Sequence record: SRR20825006_1611
Length of the DNA: 64,000 nucleotides
Reading direction: 5' to 3' (one strand)
Position 1 is the first letter of the stretch; each line of letters starts with the position of its first letter. Below, one piece after another: positions 40,531-49,857 of the stretch. A program made the position numbers and the translations under genes. The notes beneath the pieces are model-generated. The model saw only the letters and a list, made by a program, of their open reading frames with translations. It was not told the origin of the DNA and made no database searches.

Positions 40531-40947
40531 CTAGATGCGGATCATGCCGAGTACGACTGATACAATCGCCACCAACGTAAACATCAGGGACAGGCTGACC
40601 GAAATGGCGCGCTGACCCTTGCGGCTCGTGCGTTCGCCCTTTTGCTTCTTCCCGGGTGTCAGCATCCAGCGATTGGAGAAGAATCCGAAAGCTGCGAGCA
40701 AGGCGGTGACGGCGGCTGCCCAGCTTGATGCGAGCAGGAAGAACGCGCCGGAAGCGAGCATCATGCCGGCAATCGGCGTGGACGTCTGGAGCAGCAATTC
40801 CCGGACGTGGCGATCAGCGCGCGATCCGTCCAGCTTGTCAAAGCTGCAATTGGGCGACGCAATGGCCGCGACCCAGGACGCGCCCACGGCCATCGCACCA
40901 GCGAGCAGACCAAGATGCGTGGCGGTGGTGGAGATTCCTTCGAACAT
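40531..40947 (-). CDS. hypothetical 4-TM protein
   Basis: hydrophobic helices; fills gap. Confidence 0.7.
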   Translation of the reverse strand: MFEGISTTATHLGLLAGAMAVGASWVAAIASPNCSFDKLDGSRADRHVRELLLQTSTPIAGMMLASGAFFLLASSWAAAVTALLAAFGFFSNRWMLTPGKKQKGERTSRKGQRAISVSLSLMFTLVAIVSVVLGMIRI

Positions 40948-40980
40948 GCGCTGCAATATGCGCCGGATTCGCGGGCTGGC

Positions 40981-41553
40981 CTAGAGAAAGCTTCGAGAGA
41001 CGACGGCGGCGATCATCTTTTCATCGTCGGGCAACTGGCCATCCAGTATCAGCATCGACAATCCATGCACGATCGACCAGGCCTGAAGGCGTTTGACCAT
41101 CTGTAATTCGGGCGGCGTATCCTTCGGCAACACATCCCCCAACGTGTTGGACAACATAGCGAATGCGCCGGTCTCTTTCGCCTGATTTGGCTGAAGCACT
41201 TCGGCGCGAGGCGCTTTCGTCATCATCAGGCGAAACAGAGACGGATTGTCTATTGCAAACCGGACATAGGTTCGCCCCATGACTTCGAACGCATCAATGC
41301 CCGCTGGAGTTTTGGATAGGGCATCCCGGAACGTATCAGACAGCTTCACGCTCCCAACTCCGCACAAAGCGCCTAGAAGCGCGGCCTTATTGGGAAAGTG
41401 TCGATAAACTGCCGTCGCTGAAACACCGACATTCCGGGCAATTTTTCTGAGGCTCACTTTCTCGGCCGGGCTGTTGCTGATCTGCGCCAATCCTTCTTCG
41501 ATCAGGGCGGCCCTTAGATCACCATGGTGGTAGTTCCCGCCCTGAGCGTTCAT
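40981..41553 (-). CDS. TetR family regulator (WHG-type C-terminal domain)
   Basis: YHHGDLR, SLRKIA..VGVS..AVYRHF, WSIVHG. Confidence 0.92.
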   Translation of the reverse strand: MNAQGGNYHHGDLRAALIEEGLAQISNSPAEKVSLRKIARNVGVSATAVYRHFPNKAALLGALCGVGSVKLSDTFRDALSKTPAGIDAFEVMGRTYVRFAIDNPSLFRLMMTKAPRAEVLQPNQAKETGAFAMLSNTLGDVLPKDTPPELQMVKRLQAWSIVHGLSMLILDGQLPDDEKMIAAVVSRSFL

Positions 41554-41597
41554 GTTGACACTGTTATCATTCATCGGCATGTTATCAGTGTAAACAT
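41552..41597. promoter_or_regulatory. two 19-bp imperfect palindromes, putative TetR operators
   Basis: ATGTTGACACTGTTATCAT (41552-41570) and ATGTTATCAGTGTAAACAT (41579-41597). Confidence 0.78.
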
Positions 41598-41632
41598 TGC
41601 GGCGCAGACAACAAGCCGCGAGGATGATCTCC

Positions 41633-43060
41633 ATGCCCAGCCCTGTGAAAACAGCTATTCGGGGAGTCGTGACAAAAGGAGTCATGGCGGTGGCGGGATT
41701 CAACCGCAGCCGGCGCAAGGCAACACAGCCCAACATCTTTCTTGAAGGCGTTCATACCCCGCTGACGGAAGAGATCACCGAAATTGATCCAAAGGTGACG
41801 GGGGCGATTCCCGCTGGTCTGAATGGCCTTTACGTCCGCAATGGCCCGAACCCCGTTTCGCCGGTCAATCCAGCTGCACATCATTGGTTTGTAGGGGATG
41901 GCATGTTGCACGGTGTCCGCCTGCAGGATGGCAAGGCGCTTTGGTACCGCAATCGCTGGGTGAGGTCCAACAGTGTGAGTGATGCCCTTGGCGAGCCGCG
42001 TGCGCCCGGTCCGCGTCACCCCAGAATTGATGTGGCGAACACGAACATTGTTGGTCACGCAGGAAAGATCTGGGCGATTGTTGAAGCGGGTGGGTATCCC
42101 GTCGAAGTGTCCGAGGACCTGGAGACGCGTGCGCATTCGGACTTTGACGGGACTTTGGGTCAATCTTTTTCCGCGCATCCGCATTACGACCCCGACACAG
42201 GCGAGATGCACGCCATCTGTTACGAGTCGCAGCAAACCAATCTGCTTTGGCACAAGGTGCTGGGCGCTGATGGCCGCGTGCGCCGGGATGAGCCAATCCC
42301 TGTCGAGCACGGCCCAATGGTTCATGACTGCATGATCACCCCGAAATACGTGATCGTGATGGACCTTCCGGTGACGTTCTCCATGAGTGCCATCATCAGT
42401 GGCATGAGCTTTCCGTACCGATGGAATGAGAACCACAAGGCGCGTATTGGTCTGTTGCCGCGAGAGGGGAGTGCGGATGATATCATCTGGTGTGATGTCG
42501 ATCCCTGTTACATCTTCCATCCTGCGAACGCCTATGAAACCGCGGACGGAAAAGTCGTGATGGACGCATGTGTTTATGATCACATGTTTGCTCCTGACAA
42601 TACTGGCCCGGACGGCGTACCGAAATTTGAATCCCTGACGATTGATCCGGCGACGCGAACCGTGTCACGGCGTGTGATAGATGACCGCGCTCATGAGTTT
42701 CCGCGCTATGATGAGCGGCTGACCGGAAAACCCTATCGCTATGTTTACACAACGGCTGTCGCGGCCGACGGCTTCCTCACCGAAACACGCATCTTCAAGC
42801 ATGACCTGACCAATGGCAGCTGCGAAGTTCGCGATTTTGGATCAGGACGGGTGCCGGGCGAATTCATTTTCATTCCTGCCAGCGAAACGGCCTCAGAGGA
42901 TGAGGGCTGGCTGATGGGCTATGTGGTCGACACCAATGCCGGCCTATCCGAATTGGTCATTCTCGATGCCGCAAATTTCACCGCACCGGCGGTCGCAACC
43001 GTGCACATTCCGCAACGCATTCCGCAGGGATTCCACGGTAATTTCATTCCAGTTGGCTGA
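41633..43060 (+). CDS. carotenoid oxygenase family dioxygenase
   Basis: RNGPNP, GDGMLH, SAHP, HDC, FHPAN, EFPR, EDEG, GFHG. Confidence 0.92.
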   Translation: MPSPVKTAIRGVVTKGVMAVAGFNRSRRKATQPNIFLEGVHTPLTEEITEIDPKVTGAIPAGLNGLYVRNGPNPVSPVNPAAHHWFVGDGMLHGVRLQDGKALWYRNRWVRSNSVSDALGEPRAPGPRHPRIDVANTNIVGHAGKIWAIVEAGGYPVEVSEDLETRAHSDFDGTLGQSFSAHPHYDPDTGEMHAICYESQQTNLLWHKVLGADGRVRRDEPIPVEHGPMVHDCMITPKYVIVMDLPVTFSMSAIISGMSFPYRWNENHKARIGLLPREGSADDIIWCDVDPCYIFHPANAYETADGKVVMDACVYDHMFAPDNTGPDGVPKFESLTIDPATRTVSRRVIDDRAHEFPRYDERLTGKPYRYVYTTAVAADGFLTETRIFKHDLTNGSCEVRDFGSGRVPGEFIFIPASETASEDEGWLMGYVVDTNAGLSELVILDAANFTAPAVATVHIPQRIPQGFHGNFIPVG

Positions 43061-43071
43061 GTGGGGGGACG

Positions 43072-43096
43072 AGGGGGCCGTCGATGACGGCCCCCT
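43072..43096. terminator. hairpin between convergent genes
   Basis: AGGGGGCCGTC-GAT-GACGGCCCCCT. Confidence 0.7.
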
Positions 43097-43107
43097 TCCA
43101 CGTATCC

Positions 43108-44238
43108 TTAAAGGGCGGCCTCGTAGACCTTTGCATAATCATCCGCACTCATAGGCTTTGGATTGCCGAAATGGGCGAGGTCCTTAAGTGCATACTCAAC
43201 CACGCCGGGGGCGTCGTCTGCCGACAATCCGATGGCGGACAGGGTGGCTGGGATGCCGATATCGGCATTCAGCTCTGCAATTGCGTCGCCAAGATCCGCG
43301 CCGGGTTTCAGACCCATGGCCTGACGAAGACGCACATATTTCTCATCGGCTGAACCCTCATGGAAGCGTAGGATATGCGGCAGGAAGATCGCGTTCAGCG
43401 TGCCGTGGTGCAGTCGCTTGTCATGCAGACGGCCCGCCGCGTGTGACAGGGCGTGGACCCCGCCAAGGCCTTTCACGAATGCCAGAGCGCCTTCATAACT
43501 TGCCATCATCATGTGCCAGCGGGCGTCCGCGTCCGAGCCATCCTTGACCGCCTTCTTCAGCCAGCCATTCCCGACAGCACGGAACACGCCCTCATACGCA
43601 ATGCCTTCGGCAGGCGGATTCACGGTTGGGGACAGGACTGATTCAATGCAGTGTGTGACGGCGTCCATCCCAGTGGCGGCCGTCAGTCCGGCAGGAAGGC
43701 CAAGAGTCAGGTCCGGATCGCAAATGGCTGTGGCAGGGATCAGGTTTGGAGAGACGATGGTCTCCTTGCGGCCATTCTCCAGTACAAGGACCAGGCCGAC
43801 TGAGACTTCTGAACCCGTACCGGATGTGGTCGGGATGGCGATCAGCGGCGGGATCTTGCCGATCTTCTTGGCACCGCCGGTGATGGCGGCATAATTTTCG
43901 AGCGGTTCATCATGACTGACCAGCAGGCCGATTCCCTTGGCATGGTCCATGGACGAGCCGCCGCCGAGTGCGATCAGGCCGTCGGCGCCGCATGCCTTGT
44001 AGGCGGCTGCCGCTTCCTTGGTCTGCTTCTCGGTCGGGTTCGGCACGGTCTCCGCGAACACGCCTGCCGGTGCAACGCCCAACGCATCTTCGACCTTCGC
44101 CAGAATGCCGGCGGCCTTGATGCCGGGGTCCGTCACAATGAAAGGCCGGGTCATGCCGAGCTTCTTCGCCGTACCGGCGAGCTGCTTCAAGGCACCTGAA
44201 TCAAAGATGCAAGTGGTGAGATAATTTATGACGGGCAT
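43108..44238 (-). CDS. iron-containing alcohol dehydrogenase
   Basis: GGGSSMD, PTTSGTGSE, DAVTH, HALSH, HHG. Confidence 0.93.
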   Translation of the reverse strand: MPVINYLTTCIFDSGALKQLAGTAKKLGMTRPFIVTDPGIKAAGILAKVEDALGVAPAGVFAETVPNPTEKQTKEAAAAYKACGADGLIALGGGSSMDHAKGIGLLVSHDEPLENYAAITGGAKKIGKIPPLIAIPTTSGTGSEVSVGLVLVLENGRKETIVSPNLIPATAICDPDLTLGLPAGLTAATGMDAVTHCIESVLSPTVNPPAEGIAYEGVFRAVGNGWLKKAVKDGSDADARWHMMMASYEGALAFVKGLGGVHALSHAAGRLHDKRLHHGTLNAIFLPHILRFHEGSADEKYVRLRQAMGLKPGADLGDAIAELNADIGIPATLSAIGLSADDAPGVVEYALKDLAHFGNPKPMSADDYAKVYEAAL

Positions 44239-44549
44239 GGTGTGGTCCTCATTGGGATAGTTTCCTCACCCTCCATGTGCCCCAGCGGAAGCGCACAGTT
44301 CAAGCCTGACCGTGGGAGAACCGGGATGGTACGCCGCAGCAGGCGGATGGATATAGCTCGGACGGAAGCGCACCGAACCAAGATCTCAGGAAGTGCTCAC
44401 CGGCGCAATTGGGAAGAATACCTAGTCGCGATGCCATGACGCGCGACACGCGCCCGCGCGTCAAAACGGGCAATTATCCTCATCAAATCATCGGAGTAGG
44501 CGTTTGGCATCCGGCGCGAATTGGTGCGCCAAAACAGGAGTTAAACGAC

Positions 44550-45230
44550 ATGAAACAGCTTCTCCTTGCTACTCTGGTTGCCGGGGCAACTTGGGTCGGG
44601 ACAGCACCTGCTGCCTCGGCAGACGAGAATCCCTGGATGGTCCGCGGACGCGTCATCGGGGTCCTGCCGGATGAGTCCGGCGATCTCTCCGTCGCAGGGT
44701 CGCGCCTTGCAGGGGATGTGGACATTTCAGACCAGTACGTGCCCGAATTGGACATTACTTACTTCTTCACGAAGAATATCGCTGCCGAGCTGATCCTTGG
44801 CGTGACGCCACATGATGTGAAAGCCACGGGCGTGACCGTTCCGGGCGCACTCGATAATGCAACGATCGATCTGGGCGATGTCACGCTGCTGCCACCCACT
44901 CTGACGGTGCAATACCACTTCGTGAATGACAGCCAGTGGAAGCCCTATGTCGGTGCCGGCATCAATGCGACCTTCTTCTTCAACGAGGATGAAGGCCCTG
45001 TCGCAGACGGCATAGATTACGACACCAGTGTCGGTCTCGCGCTTCAGGCGGGCGTAGATTACGATCTTGATGGCGAGCCAGGTGGCTGGGCTGTCAACGC
45101 AGACATCAAGAAGATCTGGATAAATCCGGATGTGACTGTGGATTTCACCACGGCGCTGGGCGCAACAGTGGATGCTGACGTGGACATCAATCCACTCGTG
45201 GTGGGACTGGGGCTCGGATATAAATTCTGA
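44550..45230 (+). CDS. ompW: OmpW family outer membrane protein
   Basis: signal peptide; LLPPTLTVQYHF, KPYVGAG; terminal YKF. Confidence 0.9.
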   Translation: MKQLLLATLVAGATWVGTAPAASADENPWMVRGRVIGVLPDESGDLSVAGSRLAGDVDISDQYVPELDITYFFTKNIAAELILGVTPHDVKATGVTVPGALDNATIDLGDVTLLPPTLTVQYHFVNDSQWKPYVGAGINATFFFNEDEGPVADGIDYDTSVGLALQAGVDYDLDGEPGGWAVNADIKKIWINPDVTVDFTTALGATVDADVDINPLVVGLGLGYKF

Positions 45231-45241
45231 GCGCCATACCA

Positions 45242-45290
45242 TGAGGGCAGGGCTTTGACCCATTGCGCCCTGTCCTCACTCTCTCTTGGG
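45242..45290 (+). terminator. hairpin after ompW
   Basis: TGAGGGCAGGGC...GCCCTGTCCTCA followed by a pyrimidine tract. Confidence 0.5.
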
Positions 45291-45379
45291 CCGTGCTATT
45301 TCCCGACAGCGCGGCCTTTTTTCCGCTTTCTGCAGAGCGGTCGTTGCACGCCCCGCCCGCGCGTATACAGAATGCCAGC

Positions 45380-47215
45380 ATGGCTATTCTTTCTGTCAAA
45401 GATCTTCGTGTTTCCTTCGACACACCTGACGGTGTCGTTGAGGCTGTCAAAGGTATAAGTTTCGACGTCGCCAAGGGCGAATGCCTCGGCATTGTCGGCG
45501 AAAGCGGCTCCGGGAAGAGCCAGTCTGCGCTCTCGGCTCTGGGTCTGTTGGCGGGCAATGGCACTGCAACCGGCCGGATTGATTTCGATGGCACCAATAT
45601 GCTGGAGGCTTCGGACGCAACACTTCGCAATATCCGGGGCGCGCGGATGTCGATGATTTTTCAGGACCCGCTGACCAGTTTGACGCCGCACATGACAGTC
45701 GGCGCGCAGATGCGCGAAGTGTTGGCGCTCCACAAGGGCCTCAAGGGCGAAGAAGCGGATCGCATATGCGTCGACTGGCTGGAGAATGTGCGCATTCCGG
45801 AAGCAGCCCGGCGCATGAACCAGTTTCCGCATGAGCTTTCAGGTGGCATGCGCCAGCGCGTCATGATTGCCATCGCCATGCTTTGCAATCCTGAACTGTT
45901 GCTCGCGGATGAGCCCACCACAGCGCTGGATGTGACCGTGCAGGCGCAGGTTCTGGAACTGATGGATGAGCTGAAACGCGAGACGGGTACCGGCATCGCC
46001 CTGATCACTCACAATATGGGTGTGGTCGCCCGCATGTGCGACCGCGTCATCGTCATGCGTCATGGCGAGATCGTCGAGCAGGGGAGCGTCGACGATATCT
46101 TCTACAAGCCTCAGGCCGACTATACGAAGATGCTGCTCAATGCTGTTCCGCGCATCGACGAACCAGATCGCCCCGGTCGACCCGTCCTGTCGGCGCCGCC
46201 GGCGCCTGAAACTGAGCCGGTTCTCAAGGTAGAGGACATGAAAATCCATTTCCCGATTGCGGTGAAGGGCGGTCTGTTTGGCAAGACGAAGCCGTTGAAA
46301 GCGGTGGATGGTGTTTCGTTCGATTTGAAACCGGGCGAGACGTTGGGAGTTGTCGGAGAATCCGGGTGTGGCAAGTCCACGCTCGCGCGCGGCGTGTTGA
46401 ACCTCATCCCTCCAACCGATGGCACGGTTGCCTGGCTGGGGCGCGACATATCCAAGGCGAGCCGCAAGGAAATGAACGGCCTGCGCGACGATCTCCAGAT
46501 CGTGTTCCAGGACCCGCTCGCCAGCCTTGACCCCCGCATGACCATCGGCGCTTCCATTGCCGAACCGTTGCAAGTTCACCAACCCCGCCTGTCGCGCGCG
46601 GATCGGGAAGCGAAAGTACGCGAAATCCTGCCGCGGGTCGGGCTCGACCCGAATTTGATCAACCGGTACCCGCACGAATTGTCTGGGGGCCAGAACCAGC
46701 GGGTTGGCATTGCCCGTGCCATGATCCTTCAGCCGAAACTGGTGATCTGTGATGAAGCGGTTTCCGCGCTTGATGTGTCTGTCCAGGCGCAAGTCGTGGA
46801 TTTGCTGATCGAGCTGCAGAAAGAGTTCGGCCTCGCCATGATCTTCATCAGCCACGATCTCGCCGTCGTGCGGCAGATCAGCCACCGGGTAATGGTGTTG
46901 TATCTTGGCCGCGTAGTGGAACTTGCCGGTCGCAATGCCATCTACACCGAAGCGCGCCACCCCTATACGAAAGCGCTGATTGCGGCTGTGCCAAACGCCG
47001 ATCCGACCGGGGAGCGCACGCGGGAACGCTTGCGCCTGACGGGCGATCTTCCGAGTCCGCTCGACAGCCGTGCATCGCTGCGCTTCATGAAGTCCAAACT
47101 CATTGATGATGGGGACGCGGAACAGTACCAACCGAAACTGGTCGAGATTGCTCCAGGCCACCTTGTGGCAGAGCATGACCCCGTGATGGGCGGCGCAGGA
47201 TTGCGAGCCAGTTAA
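45380..47215 (+). CDS. fused double-domain oligopeptide ABC ATPase
   Basis: two Walker A motifs ([16 protein letters not shown]); PHELSGG twice. Confidence 0.93.
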   Translation: MAILSVKDLRVSFDTPDGVVEAVKGISFDVAKGECLGIVGESGSGKSQSALSALGLLAGNGTATGRIDFDGTNMLEASDATLRNIRGARMSMIFQDPLTSLTPHMTVGAQMREVLALHKGLKGEEADRICVDWLENVRIPEAARRMNQFPHELSGGMRQRVMIAIAMLCNPELLLADEPTTALDVTVQAQVLELMDELKRETGTGIALITHNMGVVARMCDRVIVMRHGEIVEQGSVDDIFYKPQADYTKMLLNAVPRIDEPDRPGRPVLSAPPAPETEPVLKVEDMKIHFPIAVKGGLFGKTKPLKAVDGVSFDLKPGETLGVVGESGCGKSTLARGVLNLIPPTDGTVAWLGRDISKASRKEMNGLRDDLQIVFQDPLASLDPRMTIGASIAEPLQVHQPRLSRADREAKVREILPRVGLDPNLINRYPHELSGGQNQRVGIARAMILQPKLVICDEAVSALDVSVQAQVVDLLIELQKEFGLAMIFISHDLAVVRQISHRVMVLYLGRVVELAGRNAIYTEARHPYTKALIAAVPNADPTGERTRERLRLTGDLPSPLDSRASLRFMKSKLIDDGDAEQYQPKLVEIAPGHLVAEHDPVMGGAGLRAS

Positions 47216-47243
47216 GCGCTGCAGGCAGGGCAGGGTGTGCGCT

Positions 47244-47258
47244 GTAAGCTTGGCTTAA
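47244..47258. promoter_or_regulatory. putative CtrA site upstream of motA
   Basis: GTAA-GCTTGGC-TTAA, one mismatch to TTAA-N7-TTAA. Confidence 0.45.
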
Positions 47259-47307
47259 GACGAATGTGTCATGGTGCAGGCTGAGTTAATGCCGGAGCCC
47301 GCGCGTC

Positions 47308-48183
47308 TTGCCCCAATTGATTGGTCTTGTTCTTGTGGTCGTCCTCGTGATGGGCGGCCTCGTCCTCACGGGCGGACACGGTGCCATGCAGGCGCTGCCG
47401 TTCGAACTGGCCCTGATTGGTGGCGCCGCGGTCGGCACCATTCTGATCGGTAATTCGCCGAAAGTTGCCAAGGAGGCTTTGGGTGGGTTCGTTCGCTCGT
47501 TTCAGGGCAGCCGTTGGCAGCGTGCCCAACACCGCGAATTGCTGGTTCTGCTGTCCAACTTGATGCGCAAGGTACGCCAAGGCGGGTTTGTCGCGATTGA
47601 ATCGGATATCGAAGACCCGGATGCGTCGCCCTTGTTTGCTTTGTCCCCTGCGGTGCTTTCCGATCCTGCTGCGCGTGACATGATCTGCGATTCCTTTCGC
47701 CTGATGGCGCTCGACCTGTCAGACCCGGCACGGGCTGAGGCGCATATGGAGCAGTCTGTGGCCCTGCATGTCGATCAGCGCATGAAAGCAGTGAATGCAC
47801 TCAATACTGTAGCCGATGCCTTGCCAGCGCTCGGTATCGTGGCGGCTGTGCTGGGCATCATCAAGACCATGGGGTCGATTGATCAGTCGCCTGCAGTGCT
47901 TGGAATGATGATCGGGTCAGCTCTGCTGGGCACCTTTCTCGGTGTATTTTTGGCTTATGGCGTAGTTGGGCCTGTCGCCGCTCGCTTCGGACAGATTGTC
48001 GAAGATGAGGCCCAGCCTCTTGATGTGATCCGCACGGTGTTGTCTGCATTTGGCGGCGGGGTTCAGCCAGGCATTGCCGTAGAACTTGGCCGCACGGCCA
48101 TTCCCGTAGATCAGCGCCCCGACGCGGAATCGGTTGAACGGGCACAGACGAGCGCCCGTTTTGCTGAACGCGCCGTCGCCTGA
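47308..48183 (+). CDS. motA: flagellar motor stator protein MotA
   Basis: R..G...IE..IE.P, ALPALGIVAAVLGII, GTFLGVFLAYG; TTG start. Confidence 0.9.
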   Translation: MPQLIGLVLVVVLVMGGLVLTGGHGAMQALPFELALIGGAAVGTILIGNSPKVAKEALGGFVRSFQGSRWQRAQHRELLVLLSNLMRKVRQGGFVAIESDIEDPDASPLFALSPAVLSDPAARDMICDSFRLMALDLSDPARAEAHMEQSVALHVDQRMKAVNALNTVADALPALGIVAAVLGIIKTMGSIDQSPAVLGMMIGSALLGTFLGVFLAYGVVGPVAARFGQIVEDEAQPLDVIRTVLSAFGGGVQPGIAVELGRTAIPVDQRPDAESVERAQTSARFAERAVA

Positions 48184-48236
48184 GACAGCCGCCATTCTGC
48201 GTTGACCCCGCAGGCATGAGGCCGCATCACCGATGA

Positions 48237-49247
48237 ATGCCTGATATTCGTTTGGCCACGTTCAATTGCGAAAACCTGATGATGCGCTGCGATTTCGCGC
48301 GCTCAGGTCTCGCCAATGCGCGTCGCAAGCTGACCGATGTCGACGACGCCCTGGTCGCCGAACAGGTGGATGCGGTTTTCGATGTCCTGTCCGAGGATGA
48401 CCGCACCCTGACCGCTCAGGCTCTGGTCGCGACCAAGGCCGAAGTGTGCGCACTGCAGGAGGTCGAAAACCTCGTCACCTTGACCGCTTTTGACAATCGC
48501 TATGTCGGGCGCTGGGCCGGAAAGCCGTTTGGCGAACGTGTGCTGCACGAGGGGAATGACAGCCGCGGGATTGATGTGGGTCTGTTGTCGTCGCTTACGG
48601 TTGCATTCCAGCGCAGCCATGCGCGGGCGACCTTCGGACGGTTGGGCATTCACCCCCCCAAAGGGGCTTCCATCAATGACTACGTCTTTCGCCGGGATTG
48701 TCTGGAAGTGGATGTGGAAAAAGACGGGCGCCTTTTGACACTTTTTGTCTGCCACTTCAAATCCATGCATGGTGGACGCAAGAGGACGGTTGCCATGCGT
48801 GAAGCTGAAGCTCAGGGTGTGCGCCGGATTGTAAGCCAGCGATTTGATGACCCGGCAAAAGCGGAATGGGTTATTCTGGGTGATTTCAATGATTATTGGG
48901 AAGTAGATGGCCGCCCGGCACGGCCGCATGGTCTGGGGGCGCTGGTAGGCGACGGGTTCGCCATCGATCTGGCCAGCCGCGCCATTGCAGACCCCTATGA
49001 CCGCTGGACTCACCATTATAGCGGCGACGACACCTATGGCGCGCTGGATCACATCTTCCTGTCACCCACGCTCGCCGCCCTGAATCCTGCTGCCAGGGTT
49101 GAGATTGTGCGGGCAGGATCGCCATATAGAGCCGCGAGATATGATGGGGCTCGCTTTCCCGGCGTTGGCTGGATTACGCCCAAAGCATCAGATCATTGTC
49201 CGATGGTGGCGACTTTAAAATTTGAAGGTCGCCCTGCGGCACCCTAA
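48237..49247 (+). CDS. endonuclease/exonuclease/phosphatase family protein
   Basis: TFNCEN, LQEVE, HFKS, GDFND, LDHI, SDHCP. Confidence 0.92.
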   Translation: MPDIRLATFNCENLMMRCDFARSGLANARRKLTDVDDALVAEQVDAVFDVLSEDDRTLTAQALVATKAEVCALQEVENLVTLTAFDNRYVGRWAGKPFGERVLHEGNDSRGIDVGLLSSLTVAFQRSHARATFGRLGIHPPKGASINDYVFRRDCLEVDVEKDGRLLTLFVCHFKSMHGGRKRTVAMREAEAQGVRRIVSQRFDDPAKAEWVILGDFNDYWEVDGRPARPHGLGALVGDGFAIDLASRAIADPYDRWTHHYSGDDTYGALDHIFLSPTLAALNPAARVEIVRAGSPYRAARYDGARFPGVGWITPKASDHCPMVATLKFEGRPAAP

Positions 49248-49285
49248 TTTATGTTGGCTTTGGTAATGAAGGGGGCCGTCAGGCT

Positions 49286-49810
49286 GTGTCACGTTTTGAT
49301 AATCTGATCGAGACGGTGGAGGCCTATCAGGCCCTCGCTGCTGAAAATTACGACCGAATCCGCACACTTGCGGAAGAAATCCGCAGCGGGTTTTGCGAAT
49401 TCCTTGGCTCAACCGATGGCGTTTGTGTCCACCTCGTCCCGCCGGCCGGGGCCTACAAACCAAAGGCACATGGGGATGCAGCCTTTTCGATCCCGCCGCG
49501 AGGCTTCCGGCTCCTGGGGCCAATATCGTTCGGCCTTGCTGTGCGCGTCACGCGCGATACGGACTGGCTGAGGCTGGTGATGCAGTGCCGCAAGATCGGC
49601 GACAAATTCAAAATTCAGATTGAGGACGGTTCGGTATACGAATTCAGCCTGCCGCTGAAAGATGCTGACCCTGAACCATTCTATGAACATCTTTACCAGC
49701 ACATCCTGCTCTGGTTCTCCGACCATATCGAACGCTACAAAGAAGGCGATTATGGTACCCGCGAGATCGGATTTGACTTTGCTGATGACATAAACGCGGC
49801 TCAAGCCTAG
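49286..49810 (+). CDS. hypothetical protein
   Basis: GTG start; coding-like ORF filling gap. Confidence 0.72.
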   Translation: MSRFDNLIETVEAYQALAAENYDRIRTLAEEIRSGFCEFLGSTDGVCVHLVPPAGAYKPKAHGDAAFSIPPRGFRLLGPISFGLAVRVTRDTDWLRLVMQCRKIGDKFKIQIEDGSVYEFSLPLKDADPEPFYEHLYQHILLWFSDHIERYKEGDYGTREIGFDFADDINAAQA

Positions 49811-49857
49811 TTTTCTGATCGCCCGACGGGCAGAATGCACCACGAAACGGGGCTTTT

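Noticed and set aside
45839-47176. Long antisense ORFs (also 38840-39943, 49807-51087, 19886-21232, 17261-18238)
   Set aside because: Shadow frames of well-supported genes in GC-rich DNA.
47308-48183. motA without motB as a Zorya-like defence or novel motor
   Set aside because: Ordinary MotA length and motifs with no ZorA tail; unlinked motA and motB are known in Caulobacterales.
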